Part shown: in pieces, positions 17,501 through 26,575 of the stretch
Numbering within the stretch: the stretch's first letter is position 1
Layout: each line of letters begins with the position of its first letter
Source: a virus
Length of the DNA: 64,000 nt
Direction: 5' to 3' (one strand)
Virus record (IMG/VR): IMGVR_UViG_3300023179_000032
Location: 57,983-121,982 of that record
Position numbers and translations under genes: made by a program
Notes under the pieces: model-generated
The model's input: the letters and a program-made list of their open reading frames with translations, nothing else
What the model was told of the DNA's origin: nothing
Database searches by the model: none

Positions 17501-19253
17501 GATGGCTAAAGGGCAGAGAGAAGGCAAGAGCAAAGAAGAAATTGAAGGCAGTGAAGCATTTAAAAAAGCTAATCAAGAAATGAAACAGGCTTATAGGGAA
17601 GCTGAAAATATCAGTAAAGATATGGGCAAGCTAATAGTAGCGCCATTAACTGATGCTAAGGAAGAAGTTAAGTCTAATAGTGAAAAAATCAAAGAGGGTA
17701 TGAAGGAAGCACTGCCAGTTCAAGGTATAAGAGACAAGACTGAAGAAATGAACAAATTGGCAGAGAGAAGAACAGAAATTGAAGAAAGACTCCTAGAGCG
17801 TCAAGGTGAAGTAGATGGACTAAAGGCCTTGGCTAATGAGAGAGCACTAACAGAAGAAGAACAGGCACAACTAAAATTAGCTGAAAATGGTGTGATAAGA
17901 GCTCAGAATAATCTTAAATCTAATCTAGAACAACAGGAAGAATTAGCAGCAGCATTAGGAATTGCCAAAAAAGATTCAGATAGTAAAATCCTTGAACAAA
18001 CAAAACAGGCCAATCAAGAAATGAGCAAGATAATAGTAGCGCCATTAACTGATGCTAAGGAAGAAGTTAAGTCTAATAGTGAAAAAATCAAAGAGGATAT
18101 GAAGGAAGCACTACCAGTTCAAGGTATGAGAGACAAGACTGAAGAAATGAACAAATTGGCAGAGAGAAGAACAGAAATTGAAGAAAGACTCCTAGAGCGT
18201 CAAGGTGAAGTAGACGGACTAAAAGCTCTAGCTAATGAAAGAGCACTGACAGAAGAAGAACAGGCACAGTTGAAGTTGGCGGAAAACGGTGTAATAAGAG
18301 CTCAGAATAATCTTAAATCTAATCTAGAACAACAGGAAGAATTAGCAGCAGCATTAGGAATAGCCAAAAAAGAAACAGATGAAAAGATACTTGAACAAAC
18401 AGAAGAAGCTAATAAGGCACAGGTTGAAAGCTATGGTGGATTAACTGATTCAGTAATTGCTGCTCGTGACAAGTTTATGGAGGAGTTGAATGAGGCTCCT
18501 CAAGGTGAAGGATCAATGGACAGTGCCTTTGCTAGGGATGAATATGGTGAAGGTGGTGATGCTATTGGCGGTGAAATGAACAGTGCCTTTGCTAAAGATG
18601 AATATAGTGCATTTAAAGATTTAACTAGTCAAGTACAGGGCTTGACTGATAGTCAAATGTTAGAGGCTAATGAAGAACCACAAGGTGAAGGATCAATGGA
18701 CAGTGCCTTTGCTGAAGATGAAGATGACTATGTAAGTCAAGCATTGAAGAATATTTCATCACAACTACCACAGACTATGGATTCAACAGCTGATGATGCT
18801 GCCTATGCTGCCGGCCCTGGTGATACTGGTACAGGTGATGCCAGTGTAGCTGAAGCAATGGCCAAAAAACCAGCTAAAGGACCAGCTAGTGAGGCTAATT
18901 TCGCTCCAATTAGCATGGGTGATTTTACATTAGGGCCTAATGGATTACCTACACCTAAGCCAAAGGCTGAAGCTAAGAATATACCAAACGAAGTTAAGAA
19001 GGATGAGAAAAAGGCGCAGGAAGATAAAAAAGCAAAAGATGCACAGAAGAAAGCAGATAAAGATGGAAAGAAACAGGATCAAAAAACTACTGAAACTACA
19101 CAGAAGAAAGAAAATAAAACTCTAGACGATGTTGTAAAGACGCTGGAAACATTAAATAGTAACATGAATAGACTAATAAACAAAGTAGAAGAAACTGGAA
19201 AAAACCAAGTCAATGCTACAAAGAGTATGAATGGAAATTTATTTAATAGGTAA
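14553..19253 (+). CDS. Tape-measure-like protein with an internal LysM domain and tandem duplications
   Basis: 1566 aa, mostly helical and Ala/Glu/Lys-rich; LysM IKSGDTLSGLAKKYGTSVAEIMKANPAIKDANKILAGAKLTIP near 16420-16555; lies between the gp26-like gene and the portal. Confidence 0.6.
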   Translation: MADEKGIVGKTVDQVKKLGTAAEKVVTPLQKMNEVFENLSTTGNTFGNDIIKMQIAAANSRMPLEDFAKLLQENNTTMGTLAGSVGKGSQVFADLAKSFHASGLAENLRQMGFSSRELNEVLALQVGFQKSTYENSVEGQKKATAAAASLAMEMDALTQITGQSRKDQEENLKKVQADMKLESKFRMIGAMYGADKEKEARDNFAANYTQMAAKGMGDLYKEVFATGTTMTKGAQAQQSMFGKAGLAAAKSAVELSRGNSELAKVYNERAQVEVMALQKSRAFLAAGIWATGDIGEAVRGNIKANDTAFHGMQQTMKEHKIATNDITEALKKQREEIKKEQDARSGVTQSIRTFGIVMDDVRAAIANRLLTNINKELNKPGLDASGQFLQTKPGEDPRKRAQLYADALEKEAAGDKANKLTPASRQKLIEEVIGQYGGDLATQLLGFSAKAAVSAFKGDLKETLREGFNQLTVGTINVGEIKQGKEGRAGGTLGETGRVVEPKDVHALLHKGEMVLTQEQQKNLISNVRTEAIADIMAKIQNQATVSQPGKLPSIDLNKFAKDIATTTSKVEVQNWPKEFKVADGAATAGAQKPAEQKPAEKKEETKPTETKAEKASKVAEEVLIKSGDTLSGLAKKYGTSVAEIMKANPAIKDANKILAGAKLTIPGQEKKEETKKEEKKDEKKTEQATISDADARKSWREREAKTLEKQTPTQASVRAVDNAIDKKPKEDTKSNYTETSKTTVKVNGKEVDPNSQEGKNAVAFLKEKEEKLNKAMSEGFDPQKIATALQSQVSASVQKDTGGGDNVVRRNAEEAAQENNKFKIKVEQDYNDHWVKTRDEAAQKIVDLEKKAATETLTKREQNELTFQKNLKAQADEEIATSTANLEIFKNLGKEMGKAITSPLTDAKEEIKSNSEKIKEDMKEALPVQGMRDKTEEAEQEKKREELYQRQMERQAKINDLAKAKEAATERGDQASAAMDTMMAKGQREGKSKEEIEGSEAFKKANQEMKQAYREAENISKDMGKLIVAPLTDAKEEVKSNSEKIKEGMKEALPVQGIRDKTEEMNKLAERRTEIEERLLERQGEVDGLKALANERALTEEEQAQLKLAENGVIRAQNNLKSNLEQQEELAAALGIAKKDSDSKILEQTKQANQEMSKIIVAPLTDAKEEVKSNSEKIKEDMKEALPVQGMRDKTEEMNKLAERRTEIEERLLERQGEVDGLKALANERALTEEEQAQLKLAENGVIRAQNNLKSNLEQQEELAAALGIAKKETDEKILEQTEEANKAQVESYGGLTDSVIAARDKFMEELNEAPQGEGSMDSAFARDEYGEGGDAIGGEMNSAFAKDEYSAFKDLTSQVQGLTDSQMLEANEEPQGEGSMDSAFAEDEDDYVSQALKNISSQLPQTMDSTADDAAYAAGPGDTGTGDASVAEAMAKKPAKGPASEANFAPISMGDFTLGPNGLPTPKPKAEAKNIPNEVKKDEKKAQEDKKAKDAQKKADKDGKKQDQKTTETTQKKENKTLDDVVKTLETLNSNMNRLINKVEETGKNQVNATKSMNGNLFNR
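17634..18410 (+). repeat. In-frame tandem duplication, 399-bp (133-aa) period
   Basis: ATAGTAGCGCCATTAACTGATGC at 17634 and 18033; GCATTAGGAA at 17952 and 18351; partial third copy from ~17262. Confidence 0.9.
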
Positions 19254-19258
19254 AGCAT

Positions 19259-20986
19259 ATGAGTTGGCGTAGATATTTTAAACCAGTTGATACTAGCAAT
19301 CAATCAGGACTGAGTGTTATAAGTGGCTTGGCCAATGGTCAAAGACCAGGACCAGCACGTAGTAATTACAGCAGTTTCCTGCCTGATATCTATGTTGGTA
19401 CACCAAATCGTATTGAAAGATATATGCAATACGATACCATGGATATGGATCCAGAAGTCAATGCTGCCCTAGATATTCTTGCAGAATTTTGTACCCAGAA
19501 GAATAAAGAAAATAATACTACATTTAGTCTAAGCTTCAAAGATCGTGCTACAAATACAGAAATTCGTGTGCTACGTGAATACTTACAACAATGGTTCAAG
19601 TTACAACAATTTGACACAAGATTTTTTCGTATAGTAAGAAATACATTTAAGTTTGGTGATAGTTGGTTTATTCGTGACCCAGAAACACAAAAATGGTTTT
19701 ATGTTGACCCAAGTAAGATGGTTAAAATCATTGTTAATGAAAGCGATGGAAAGAAGCCAGAACAGTATGTTATTCGTGACCTAAACCCAAATTTTAAAAA
19801 TCTTGTAGCCACACAGATACAACAAAGTCCTCATCAAACTAACAATCGTGGTAGTAATTATGTAGCTGGTGGAGGTATGGCTCGTGGTGCCACAGGTGCA
19901 TACCCAACACAATACGGTGATCGTTTTAGTATTAATGAGAATGAAGTGGCTATTGATGCTTCACATGTGATTCACCTCAGTTTAAGTGAAGGATTAGATA
20001 ATAACTATCCATTTGGTAATAGTTTGCTTGAACAAGTTTTTAAAGTTTATAAACAAAAAGAATTATTAGAAGATGCTATTTTAATCTATCGTATACAACG
20101 TGCTCCAGAGCGTAGAATATTCTATATTGATGTGGGAAATATGCCCAGTCATATGGCTATGAGCTTTGTAGAACGTGTTAAAAATGAAATACATCAGCGT
20201 CGTATTCCTAGTCAAAATGGCGGCGGTATGAATATTATTGACAGTGCCTACAATCCACTGAGCATCGGTGAAGATTACTTCTTCCCACAAACTGAAGGTG
20301 GTAGAGGCAGTAAGGTAGAAACACTAGCAGGTGGTCAAAATCTTGGTGAAATTGACGATTTAAGATATTTTACTAACAAATTGTTTAGAGCCTTGCGTAT
20401 ACCAAGCAGTTACTTGCCTAGTGGACCAGATGATGGACAACAACAATATAACGATGGTCGTGTAGGTACAGCCTATATTCAAGAATTGCGTTTTAACAAT
20501 TATTGTATGAGATTACAAAGTTTGTTGACCACAGCATTTGATGAGGAATTTAAGCGTTTTTTATACAATAGAGGTGTCAATATTGACACAAGTTTATTTG
20601 AGATTAAGTTTCAAAGTCCATTAAATTTTGCTGCATATCGTCAAAGCGAAATGGATGGACAAAGAATTAATACATTTAGCACCATACAACAAGTACCATA
20701 TATCAGTAAGCGTTTTGCCTTAAAGAGATTCTTAGGATTAACTGAAGAAGAGATGGCAGAAAATGAAAATCTATGGCGTCAAGAGAAAGGCATGGCACCT
20801 ATTACTGGTACTGATGCTAGTGGTGAATTACGTGGTGCAGGGTTGAGCGCAGCAGGAATTGACAGTGATCTTGAACTAGCAGGAGATACAGAAGCTCCTG
20901 AAGATATGACAGCTGGTATGGCTGGACAACCATTAGCAGCACCGCAAACAGGCATAGCAAGCCCAATGTCAGCTCCGCCAATGTAA
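19259..20986 (+). CDS. gp20: Portal protein, gp20-like
   Basis: MDMDPEVNAALDI, LLEDAILIYRIQRAPERRIFYIDVGNMP, EDYFFPQTEGGRGSKVETLAGGQNLGEIDDLRYF and ELRF motifs. Confidence 0.95.
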   Translation: MSWRRYFKPVDTSNQSGLSVISGLANGQRPGPARSNYSSFLPDIYVGTPNRIERYMQYDTMDMDPEVNAALDILAEFCTQKNKENNTTFSLSFKDRATNTEIRVLREYLQQWFKLQQFDTRFFRIVRNTFKFGDSWFIRDPETQKWFYVDPSKMVKIIVNESDGKKPEQYVIRDLNPNFKNLVATQIQQSPHQTNNRGSNYVAGGGMARGATGAYPTQYGDRFSINENEVAIDASHVIHLSLSEGLDNNYPFGNSLLEQVFKVYKQKELLEDAILIYRIQRAPERRIFYIDVGNMPSHMAMSFVERVKNEIHQRRIPSQNGGGMNIIDSAYNPLSIGEDYFFPQTEGGRGSKVETLAGGQNLGEIDDLRYFTNKLFRALRIPSSYLPSGPDDGQQQYNDGRVGTAYIQELRFNNYCMRLQSLLTTAFDEEFKRFLYNRGVNIDTSLFEIKFQSPLNFAAYRQSEMDGQRINTFSTIQQVPYISKRFALKRFLGLTEEEMAENENLWRQEKGMAPITGTDASGELRGAGLSAAGIDSDLELAGDTEAPEDMTAGMAGQPLAAPQTGIASPMSAPPM

Positions 20987-20992
20987 TAAATA
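20987..20992 (+). promoter_or_regulatory. Putative late promoter
   Basis: TAAATA immediately after the portal stop and 4 nt before ATG 20997. Confidence 0.6.
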
Positions 20993-20996
20993 CTAT

Positions 20997-21239
20997 ATGA
21001 TTCTCAGAGAGTTATTTTATCTAAATCCAGAAACACAAAAGATCAGCAATGACTTTAGGTTTGATTCTGCACGAGATTTAGAAGAATTACAGCGTAGTGA
21101 CACAAGAAAAACCAGACTTACCTTAAGACAGATAAATGATTTACGTAAGGCATCGGAATCGCACATTTTAGAAGTAGAAGAAGAATTAGAATTCTTTCAA
21201 AAAATGTATGGTACTGAACCTGCGCAGCCCACCGCTTAA
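20997..21239 (+). CDS. Hypothetical small late protein
   Basis: 80-aa ORF with its own late-promoter motif; RKTRLTLRQINDLRK core; head-cluster context. Confidence 0.65.
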   Translation: MILRELFYLNPETQKISNDFRFDSARDLEELQRSDTRKTRLTLRQINDLRKASESHILEVEEELEFFQKMYGTEPAQPTA

Positions 21240-21258
21240 TCATTTATAAAGGACAATT

Positions 21259-21861
21259 ATGCAACCATTCGAACACGGGCCTATTGATGGCCTTATCTGT
21301 CAGCAACATAAGGATTTTCAAATTCCTTTCCGTACTTTTTTCAATGAAGTAAAACCTACAACAGTTATTGAGATTGGTATCGGACAAGGTGCTACAAGCC
21401 TAGCACTTAATCGTATTTTAAAAGAAGTAGGACATGAATATCAGATGATTAGTTATGAACTACATCCTCAAGGATGGTATTCAATGTTAAGTAATGAAGG
21501 TATTTTAGTAAGAATAGCTAATCTTTTCACAGATGATTACCAAAATCTAAGACCAGGTAATATAGAGGAGATCACGGGATATATTCAACGTCCAGGAACC
21601 ACAGTATTGATGTGTGATGGTGGTTTGAAGAAAATGGAAGTAAATTTACTTTCAGATTATCTCAAGTCAGGTGATTTTATTATGGCACATGATTATTGTA
21701 GAAATGTTGAATATTTTGAAGAAGCTATTAATCATCGTATTTGGAATTGGTGTGAGATTACCGATGCAGATATACAAGATGCAATGGACCGTAATAATTT
21801 TCAGGATTATATGCGTGATGAATTTCAAAATGTAGCTTGGATGTGCAGACGCAAGCCATAA
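21259..21861 (+). CDS. Class I SAM-dependent methyltransferase-like protein (Methyltransf_24/CmcI-like)
   Basis: Motif I VIEIGIGQGATS; MCDGG; LKSGDFIMAHDY. Confidence 0.65.
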   Translation: MQPFEHGPIDGLICQQHKDFQIPFRTFFNEVKPTTVIEIGIGQGATSLALNRILKEVGHEYQMISYELHPQGWYSMLSNEGILVRIANLFTDDYQNLRPGNIEEITGYIQRPGTTVLMCDGGLKKMEVNLLSDYLKSGDFIMAHDYCRNVEYFEEAINHRIWNWCEITDADIQDAMDRNNFQDYMRDEFQNVAWMCRRKP

Positions 21862-22445
21862 AGCGTAGTTTTGTGTTCGGAAATGGTAGGACACGCCTAA
21901 ATATAGATTTTGACGAAGTACGTCCATATGGGCTTATATATGCCTGTAATGCTGTTTACAGAGAATATAAGCCCGACCATCTCATTGCAGTTGATCATAA
22001 GATGTTACAAGAAATATGTAAATCAAATTTTCATCTTACTACACCTGTATGGACCTATAACCTAACATATAAACACAATTTTAAACAATTAAATTTTTTT
22101 GAGGAGCCATTAGGGTGGAGTAGTGGTCCATCGGCTTTATATTTGGCTCAAACACATAAACCTAATGAAATATATCTTTTTGGATTTGATTTTGAAGGAT
22201 TGAATGGTAAGTTGAACAATGTATTTGCTAATACAGAAAATTATAAACGCAGTACAGATCCAGCAACTTATCATCTAAATTGGCTCAAGCAAACTGAGAA
22301 AATTATAAAAACACATTCTAATATAAAGTTTGTAAGAGTGACAATTCCAAATTTCTATGAGACCAAATTCAAATATGATAATTATTTCCAAATATACTAT
22401 GACGATTTTAGAAAGATAATGTCTGAATGGCAAAAAATACGTTAG
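21837..22445 (+). CDS. Nucleotide-binding enzyme of the GT29/GT42 sialyltransferase-like / MptE-like type
   Basis: FVFGNGRTR, IYACNAVY, LIAVD, WSSGPSALYLA, EIYLFGFD motif series. Confidence 0.5.
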   Translation: MDVQTQAIKRSFVFGNGRTRLNIDFDEVRPYGLIYACNAVYREYKPDHLIAVDHKMLQEICKSNFHLTTPVWTYNLTYKHNFKQLNFFEEPLGWSSGPSALYLAQTHKPNEIYLFGFDFEGLNGKLNNVFANTENYKRSTDPATYHLNWLKQTEKIIKTHSNIKFVRVTIPNFYETKFKYDNYFQIYYDDFRKIMSEWQKIR

Positions 22446-22482
22446 ATTTAGGCTATAAGACACCCTTTTTTACAGTTATATG

Positions 22483-22488
22483 TAAATA
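22483..22488 (+). promoter_or_regulatory. Putative late promoter for the head assembly operon
   Basis: TAAATA 34 nt upstream of ATG 22523; AGGAG ribosome-binding site in between. Confidence 0.55.
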
Positions 22489-22522
22489 ATACTTGACAGC
22501 TCATTACCTATAGGAGACCAAA

Positions 22523-23551
22523 ATGGGAGATCGTTCAAAGTTCGAACAGATGCTTGAGTACCTTATTAACGATGAGGAAGCACGAGCACGAGAGTTATTT
22601 CATGATATAGTCGTGGCTAAAAGCCGCGAAATTTACGAGAATTTATTAGCCGATGATTTCGATGATGAAACTGAAGAATCACGCGGTGAAGAAGAGGAAG
22701 GTGAAGAAGAAAATATGGGTATGGGCGGTGATATGCAGCCACCAGAAGAGCCAACAGGAATGGAAGCATTTGGCGGCGACGAAACTGACGATATGTTAGG
22801 TGACGTTGAAGCTGATGATGACGAAATGGGTGATATGGGCGATGACGATATGGGTGATATGGGTGAGGAAGACACTGCTGATCGTTTAGATGACCTAGAA
22901 GCAGAATTAGAAGCCTTAAGAGCCGACTTTGAAGAAAAGTTAGGTGGTGGTGATGAAATGGACATGGGTGGTGACGACATGGGTGACATGGGTGGTGACG
23001 ACATGGGTGACATGGGCGGTGACGAAGAGCCTACAAAAGATAGTATGTATTACGAAGCTAGTGAAGATGACGAGGATGAGTCCGAAGATGAAGATGAAGA
23101 TGATGAAAAAACAGATGAAGACTTTATCCGTGAGTATGTAGAAAAAGTAGGTGGCGGTAACTATAACACTTGGGGTAAGATGGGTGACGATGGTGTAAAC
23201 ACTAAAAGTCCAATTGCCAAGCCGAACAGAATGGGTGGCACATCAGAAAATATTCTAGGTAACCGCAATGGTCAAGCACCAGTAGAAGTAGGTGCAGGAC
23301 GTAAGATTCAAGGCAATGGAGTGTTTAATCAAACACCACAGGACTTGGTAAAAGGTGAAGTACACAATCGTCCAGGCAAAACAGATGCAGGTAAAAAAGC
23401 ATTTAAGAAGAAAGAGCCAGGACACGGTGCAGAGAAGAAAGGTGAAGCAGAAGGTAAAGCTTGGGGTGCCGGTACAGGCGGCGCAGCAGGACAGGTAGGT
23501 AATTTAAATACCAAGAGTCCTTTAAATGGTGCACCACAAAGAGCAAAATAA
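22523..23551 (+). CDS. Acidic prohead core/scaffold-like protein
   Basis: Very D/E/M/G-rich low-complexity centre (GGDDMGDM repeats) and basic C-terminus; directly upstream of the prohead protease, the position of T4 core genes. Confidence 0.55.
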   Translation: MGDRSKFEQMLEYLINDEEARARELFHDIVVAKSREIYENLLADDFDDETEESRGEEEEGEEENMGMGGDMQPPEEPTGMEAFGGDETDDMLGDVEADDDEMGDMGDDDMGDMGEEDTADRLDDLEAELEALRADFEEKLGGGDEMDMGGDDMGDMGGDDMGDMGGDEEPTKDSMYYEASEDDEDESEDEDEDDEKTDEDFIREYVEKVGGGNYNTWGKMGDDGVNTKSPIAKPNRMGGTSENILGNRNGQAPVEVGAGRKIQGNGVFNQTPQDLVKGEVHNRPGKTDAGKKAFKKKEPGHGAEKKGEAEGKAWGAGTGGAAGQVGNLNTKSPLNGAPQRAK

Positions 23552-23555
23552 TTAG

Positions 23556-24182
23556 ATGAATGTACTTAGGGAAAACTTGACGTTTGATCAGGCTAAATGT
23601 GTGATCGAAAGTCAAGGAGAGAACGGTAAAGACCTTTATATGAAAGGTATTTGTATTCAAGGTGGCATCAAAAATGCCAACCAAAGAGTATATCCTGTTG
23701 ATGAGATAGAGCGAGCTGTCAAAACTTTGAACGATCAGATATCAGGAGGGTATAGCGTTCTCGGTGAAGTAGATCATCCAGATGATTTAAAAATTAATTT
23801 GGACCGAGTCAGCCACATGATTACAGAAATGTGGATGGACGGTCCAAATGGTTATGGAAAGTTTAAAATACTACCAACACCCATGGGCAACCTAGTGCGT
23901 ACTATGTTAGAAAGTGGTGTTAAGTTGGGAGTAAGTAGTAGAGGATCCGGCAATGTCAGTGGTAACGGAACTGGCACTGTAAGTGATTTTGAGATTATCA
24001 CAGTGGATGTGGTAGCTCAACCAAGTGCGCCTGGGGCATATCCAACACCAATCTATGAACACTTGATGAATAATCGTGGTGGGCTTAGAGCCTTACGCAT
24101 AGCGGAGGAAGTGAAGAATGATCCCAAAGCACAGAAGTACATTAAAGAGAGCCTATTAGCAGTAATAGGCAAGCTCCGATAA
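23556..24182 (+). CDS. gp21: Prohead protease, gp21-like
   Basis: KNANQRVYP, GEVDHP, VSHMI, GVSSRGSG, DVVAQPSAPGAYP. Confidence 0.93.
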   Translation: MNVLRENLTFDQAKCVIESQGENGKDLYMKGICIQGGIKNANQRVYPVDEIERAVKTLNDQISGGYSVLGEVDHPDDLKINLDRVSHMITEMWMDGPNGYGKFKILPTPMGNLVRTMLESGVKLGVSSRGSGNVSGNGTGTVSDFEIITVDVVAQPSAPGAYPTPIYEHLMNNRGGLRALRIAEEVKNDPKAQKYIKESLLAVIGKLR

Positions 24183-24198
24183 CAAGAGGAGAATCACA

Positions 24199-25299
24199 AT
24201 GTTGGATGTATTAAAAAGCTTATTTGAAAACAATGTGATTAGCGAAGATATCAGATCTCAGATTGAGGAAGCATGGGAAGCCCGTGTTGCCGAAAATCGT
24301 GAACAAGTTTCACAGCAACTAAGGGAAGAGTTTGCTCAGCGTTATGAGCATGATCGTACGGTCATGATTGAAGCCATTGACAGAATGGTAGGAGATCAAC
24401 TAGCACCTGAGATTGCTGAGTTCGCAGAAGATCGTAAACAATTAGCCGAAGCCAAAGCCAAATATGCATTAAAAATGAGACAAGATAGTGCTGTACTCAA
24501 AGAGTTCATCACACGCAGTCTCGCCAAAGAAGTAAAAGAATTGCATGAAGATCAAAAGTCTATGGCTAGTAAGTTCTTCAAGTTAGAAGAATTTGTGGTT
24601 GAAGCGCTCGCTAATGAAATTGCTGAATTTTATGCAGATAAGAAGGACCTAGCTAACACTAAGGTTAAACTGATCCGTGAAGGACGCCAGCAGTTAGCTA
24701 AGATGAAGAAAGAATTTGTGAAGCGTGCCGCAGTAATGGTCGAAGGTGTTGTTACACAGAGCTTGAATAAAGAGCTAGTACAACTCAAAGAGGACATTGA
24801 AGCAGCTCGTAAGGCAGACTTTGGTCGTAAGATTTTTGAAGCATTTAGCAACGAATACCAAAATAGTTACTTGAATGAGAAATCAGAAACAAGTAAATTG
24901 CTCAAGGTTATAAACAAGAAAGACTCTGCTATCACTATGGCAAACACAGTGGCAGTGAAAGCACAGAGAGTTATAGAAAGCAAAGAAATGGAAATTCGTC
25001 GTCTAAAAGAAGCAGCCCAGCGCAAGGAATTGATGGGTGAATTGCTTGCTCCATTAAGCGCAGAACAAAAGGGAATTATGAGTGAACTTTTAGAGAGCGT
25101 ACAAACAACACGACTAACAGAAAGTTTTAACAAGTATCTACCAACTTTAATAGAAGGTAGTTCTAGTACAACTAAGAAAAGACAGGCACTTGTAGAGGCA
25201 AAAGAAATGACCGGTAACAAGGTTACCACAGAGAAGACAAACAGCAGCGCATCAGATAGTAACATCGTTGATATCCGTCGCCTAGCTGGACTTAATTAA
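24199..25299 (+). CDS. gp22: Prohead scaffolding protein, gp22-like
   Basis: Coiled-coil, Glu-rich, between the protease and the major capsid protein. Confidence 0.75.
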   Translation: MLDVLKSLFENNVISEDIRSQIEEAWEARVAENREQVSQQLREEFAQRYEHDRTVMIEAIDRMVGDQLAPEIAEFAEDRKQLAEAKAKYALKMRQDSAVLKEFITRSLAKEVKELHEDQKSMASKFFKLEEFVVEALANEIAEFYADKKDLANTKVKLIREGRQQLAKMKKEFVKRAAVMVEGVVTQSLNKELVQLKEDIEAARKADFGRKIFEAFSNEYQNSYLNEKSETSKLLKVINKKDSAITMANTVAVKAQRVIESKEMEIRRLKEAAQRKELMGELLAPLSAEQKGIMSELLESVQTTRLTESFNKYLPTLIEGSSSTTKKRQALVEAKEMTGNKVTTEKTNSSASDSNIVDIRRLAGLN

Positions 25300-25309
25300 G
25301 GAGAAAAAC

Positions 25310-26488
25310 ATGTCTGAACTACTAACAAACCGTTGGCAGGAGACAAAAGAGGCTCTACTCGAAGGCCTCCAAGGCACAAAAAGATCAGTGATGGGTGTAA
25401 CTTTAGAGAATACTCGTAAGTATCTCGCAGAAAGTGCTTCCGCTGGTACTACATCTGCTGGCAACGTCGCAACATTAAACCGCGTGATCCTTCCAGTGAT
25501 CCGTCGTGTTATGCCAACCGTTATTGCTAACGAGTTGGTTGGTGTACAACCACTAACTGGACCAGTTGGTCAAATCCATACATTGAGAGTTCGTTATGCT
25601 GACACAGTCGGTGCTAACGGCGAAATTGTTGGAGTAACTGCTGGTGAAGAGGCACTAAGTCCATTCAAGATCGCTGAGCAGTATTCCGGTGCTGCAACAG
25701 GAAAGGCTGCAAGCACAGCGACAATGGAAGGTATACCTGGTCGTAAAATGAGCATTCAAATCTTGAAACAAACAGTTGAAGCTAAGAGTCGTAAGCTATC
25801 AGCTCGTTGGACATTTGAAGCTGCTCAAGATATGCAGGCACAACATGGTATTGATGTAGAAGCAGAGATTATGGCTGCTCTAGCTCAAGAAATTACTGCT
25901 GAAATTGACCAAGAAATTCTAGCAAGTTTGGCTAACTTGGCCGGTAGTCCACAAGAAACATTTAATCAGGCCGCTGTAAGTGGTACAGCTACATTCGTTG
26001 GTGATGAACACGCCGCATTGGCAGTTCTAATCAATCGTGTTGCTAACATCATTGCTCAACGCACACGTCGTGGTGCTGCTAACTGGGCAGTTGTAAGTCC
26101 ATTTGCACTAACTATTCTACAAAGCGCAACAACAAGTGCTTTCGCACGTACTACAGAAGGTACATTCGAAGCTCCAACTAACACCAAGATGGTTGGTACA
26201 TTGAACAGCGCAATGAAGATTTATGTAAACACATATGCCAGCGACGAAGCTCCTATCCTTGTAGGTTACAAAGGATCAAGTGAGAGTGACGCTGCTGCAT
26301 TCTACTGCCCATACATTCCATTAATGAGCAGTGGTGTTGTATTAGATCCATCTACATTTGAACCAGTCGTATCATTTATGACACGTTATGGTTATGTAGA
26401 GTTGACAAATACAGCAAGCTCTCTTGGTAACGCTCAAGACTACTTGGGTAAAGTTGCACTAACAACAGCCAACGTCAAGTTTAGCTGA
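25310..26488 (+). CDS. gp23: Major capsid protein, gp23-like
   Basis: VIRRVMPTVIANELVGVQPLTGPVGQIHTLR, KSRKLSARWTFEAAQD, EITAEIDQEI, FYCPYIPL, FEPVVSFMTRYG. Confidence 0.96.
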   Translation: MSELLTNRWQETKEALLEGLQGTKRSVMGVTLENTRKYLAESASAGTTSAGNVATLNRVILPVIRRVMPTVIANELVGVQPLTGPVGQIHTLRVRYADTVGANGEIVGVTAGEEALSPFKIAEQYSGAATGKAASTATMEGIPGRKMSIQILKQTVEAKSRKLSARWTFEAAQDMQAQHGIDVEAEIMAALAQEITAEIDQEILASLANLAGSPQETFNQAAVSGTATFVGDEHAALAVLINRVANIIAQRTRRGAANWAVVSPFALTILQSATTSAFARTTEGTFEAPTNTKMVGTLNSAMKIYVNTYASDEAPILVGYKGSSESDAAAFYCPYIPLMSSGVVLDPSTFEPVVSFMTRYGYVELTNTASSLGNAQDYLGKVALTTANVKFS

Positions 26489-26517
26489 TATAGCGCACAT
26501 CAAGAGTTTGTTACACT

Positions 26518-26546
26518 AAAAGGCACCCTAAGAGGTGCCTTTTTTT
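26518..26546 (+). terminator. Intrinsic terminator after the major capsid gene
   Basis: AAAAGGCACC-CTAAGA-GGTGCC followed by T7. Confidence 0.85.
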
Positions 26547-26548
26547 AT

Positions 26549-26554
26549 TAAATA
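26549..26554 (+). promoter_or_regulatory. Putative late promoter
   Basis: TAAATA just after the capsid terminator, 21 nt before ATG 26576. Confidence 0.55.
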
Positions 26555-26575
26555 TGCTTATATTTAGGAACCATT

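Noticed and set aside
17634-18410. Diversity-generating retroelement TR/VR pair
   Set aside because: Differences include C/T changes and are mostly synonymous, not adenine-specific; no reverse transcriptase in the window.
22633-25464. Ser/Pro-rich antisense and alternate-frame ORFs over the head genes
   Set aside because: By-products of low-complexity acidic or coiled-coil coding on the + strand.
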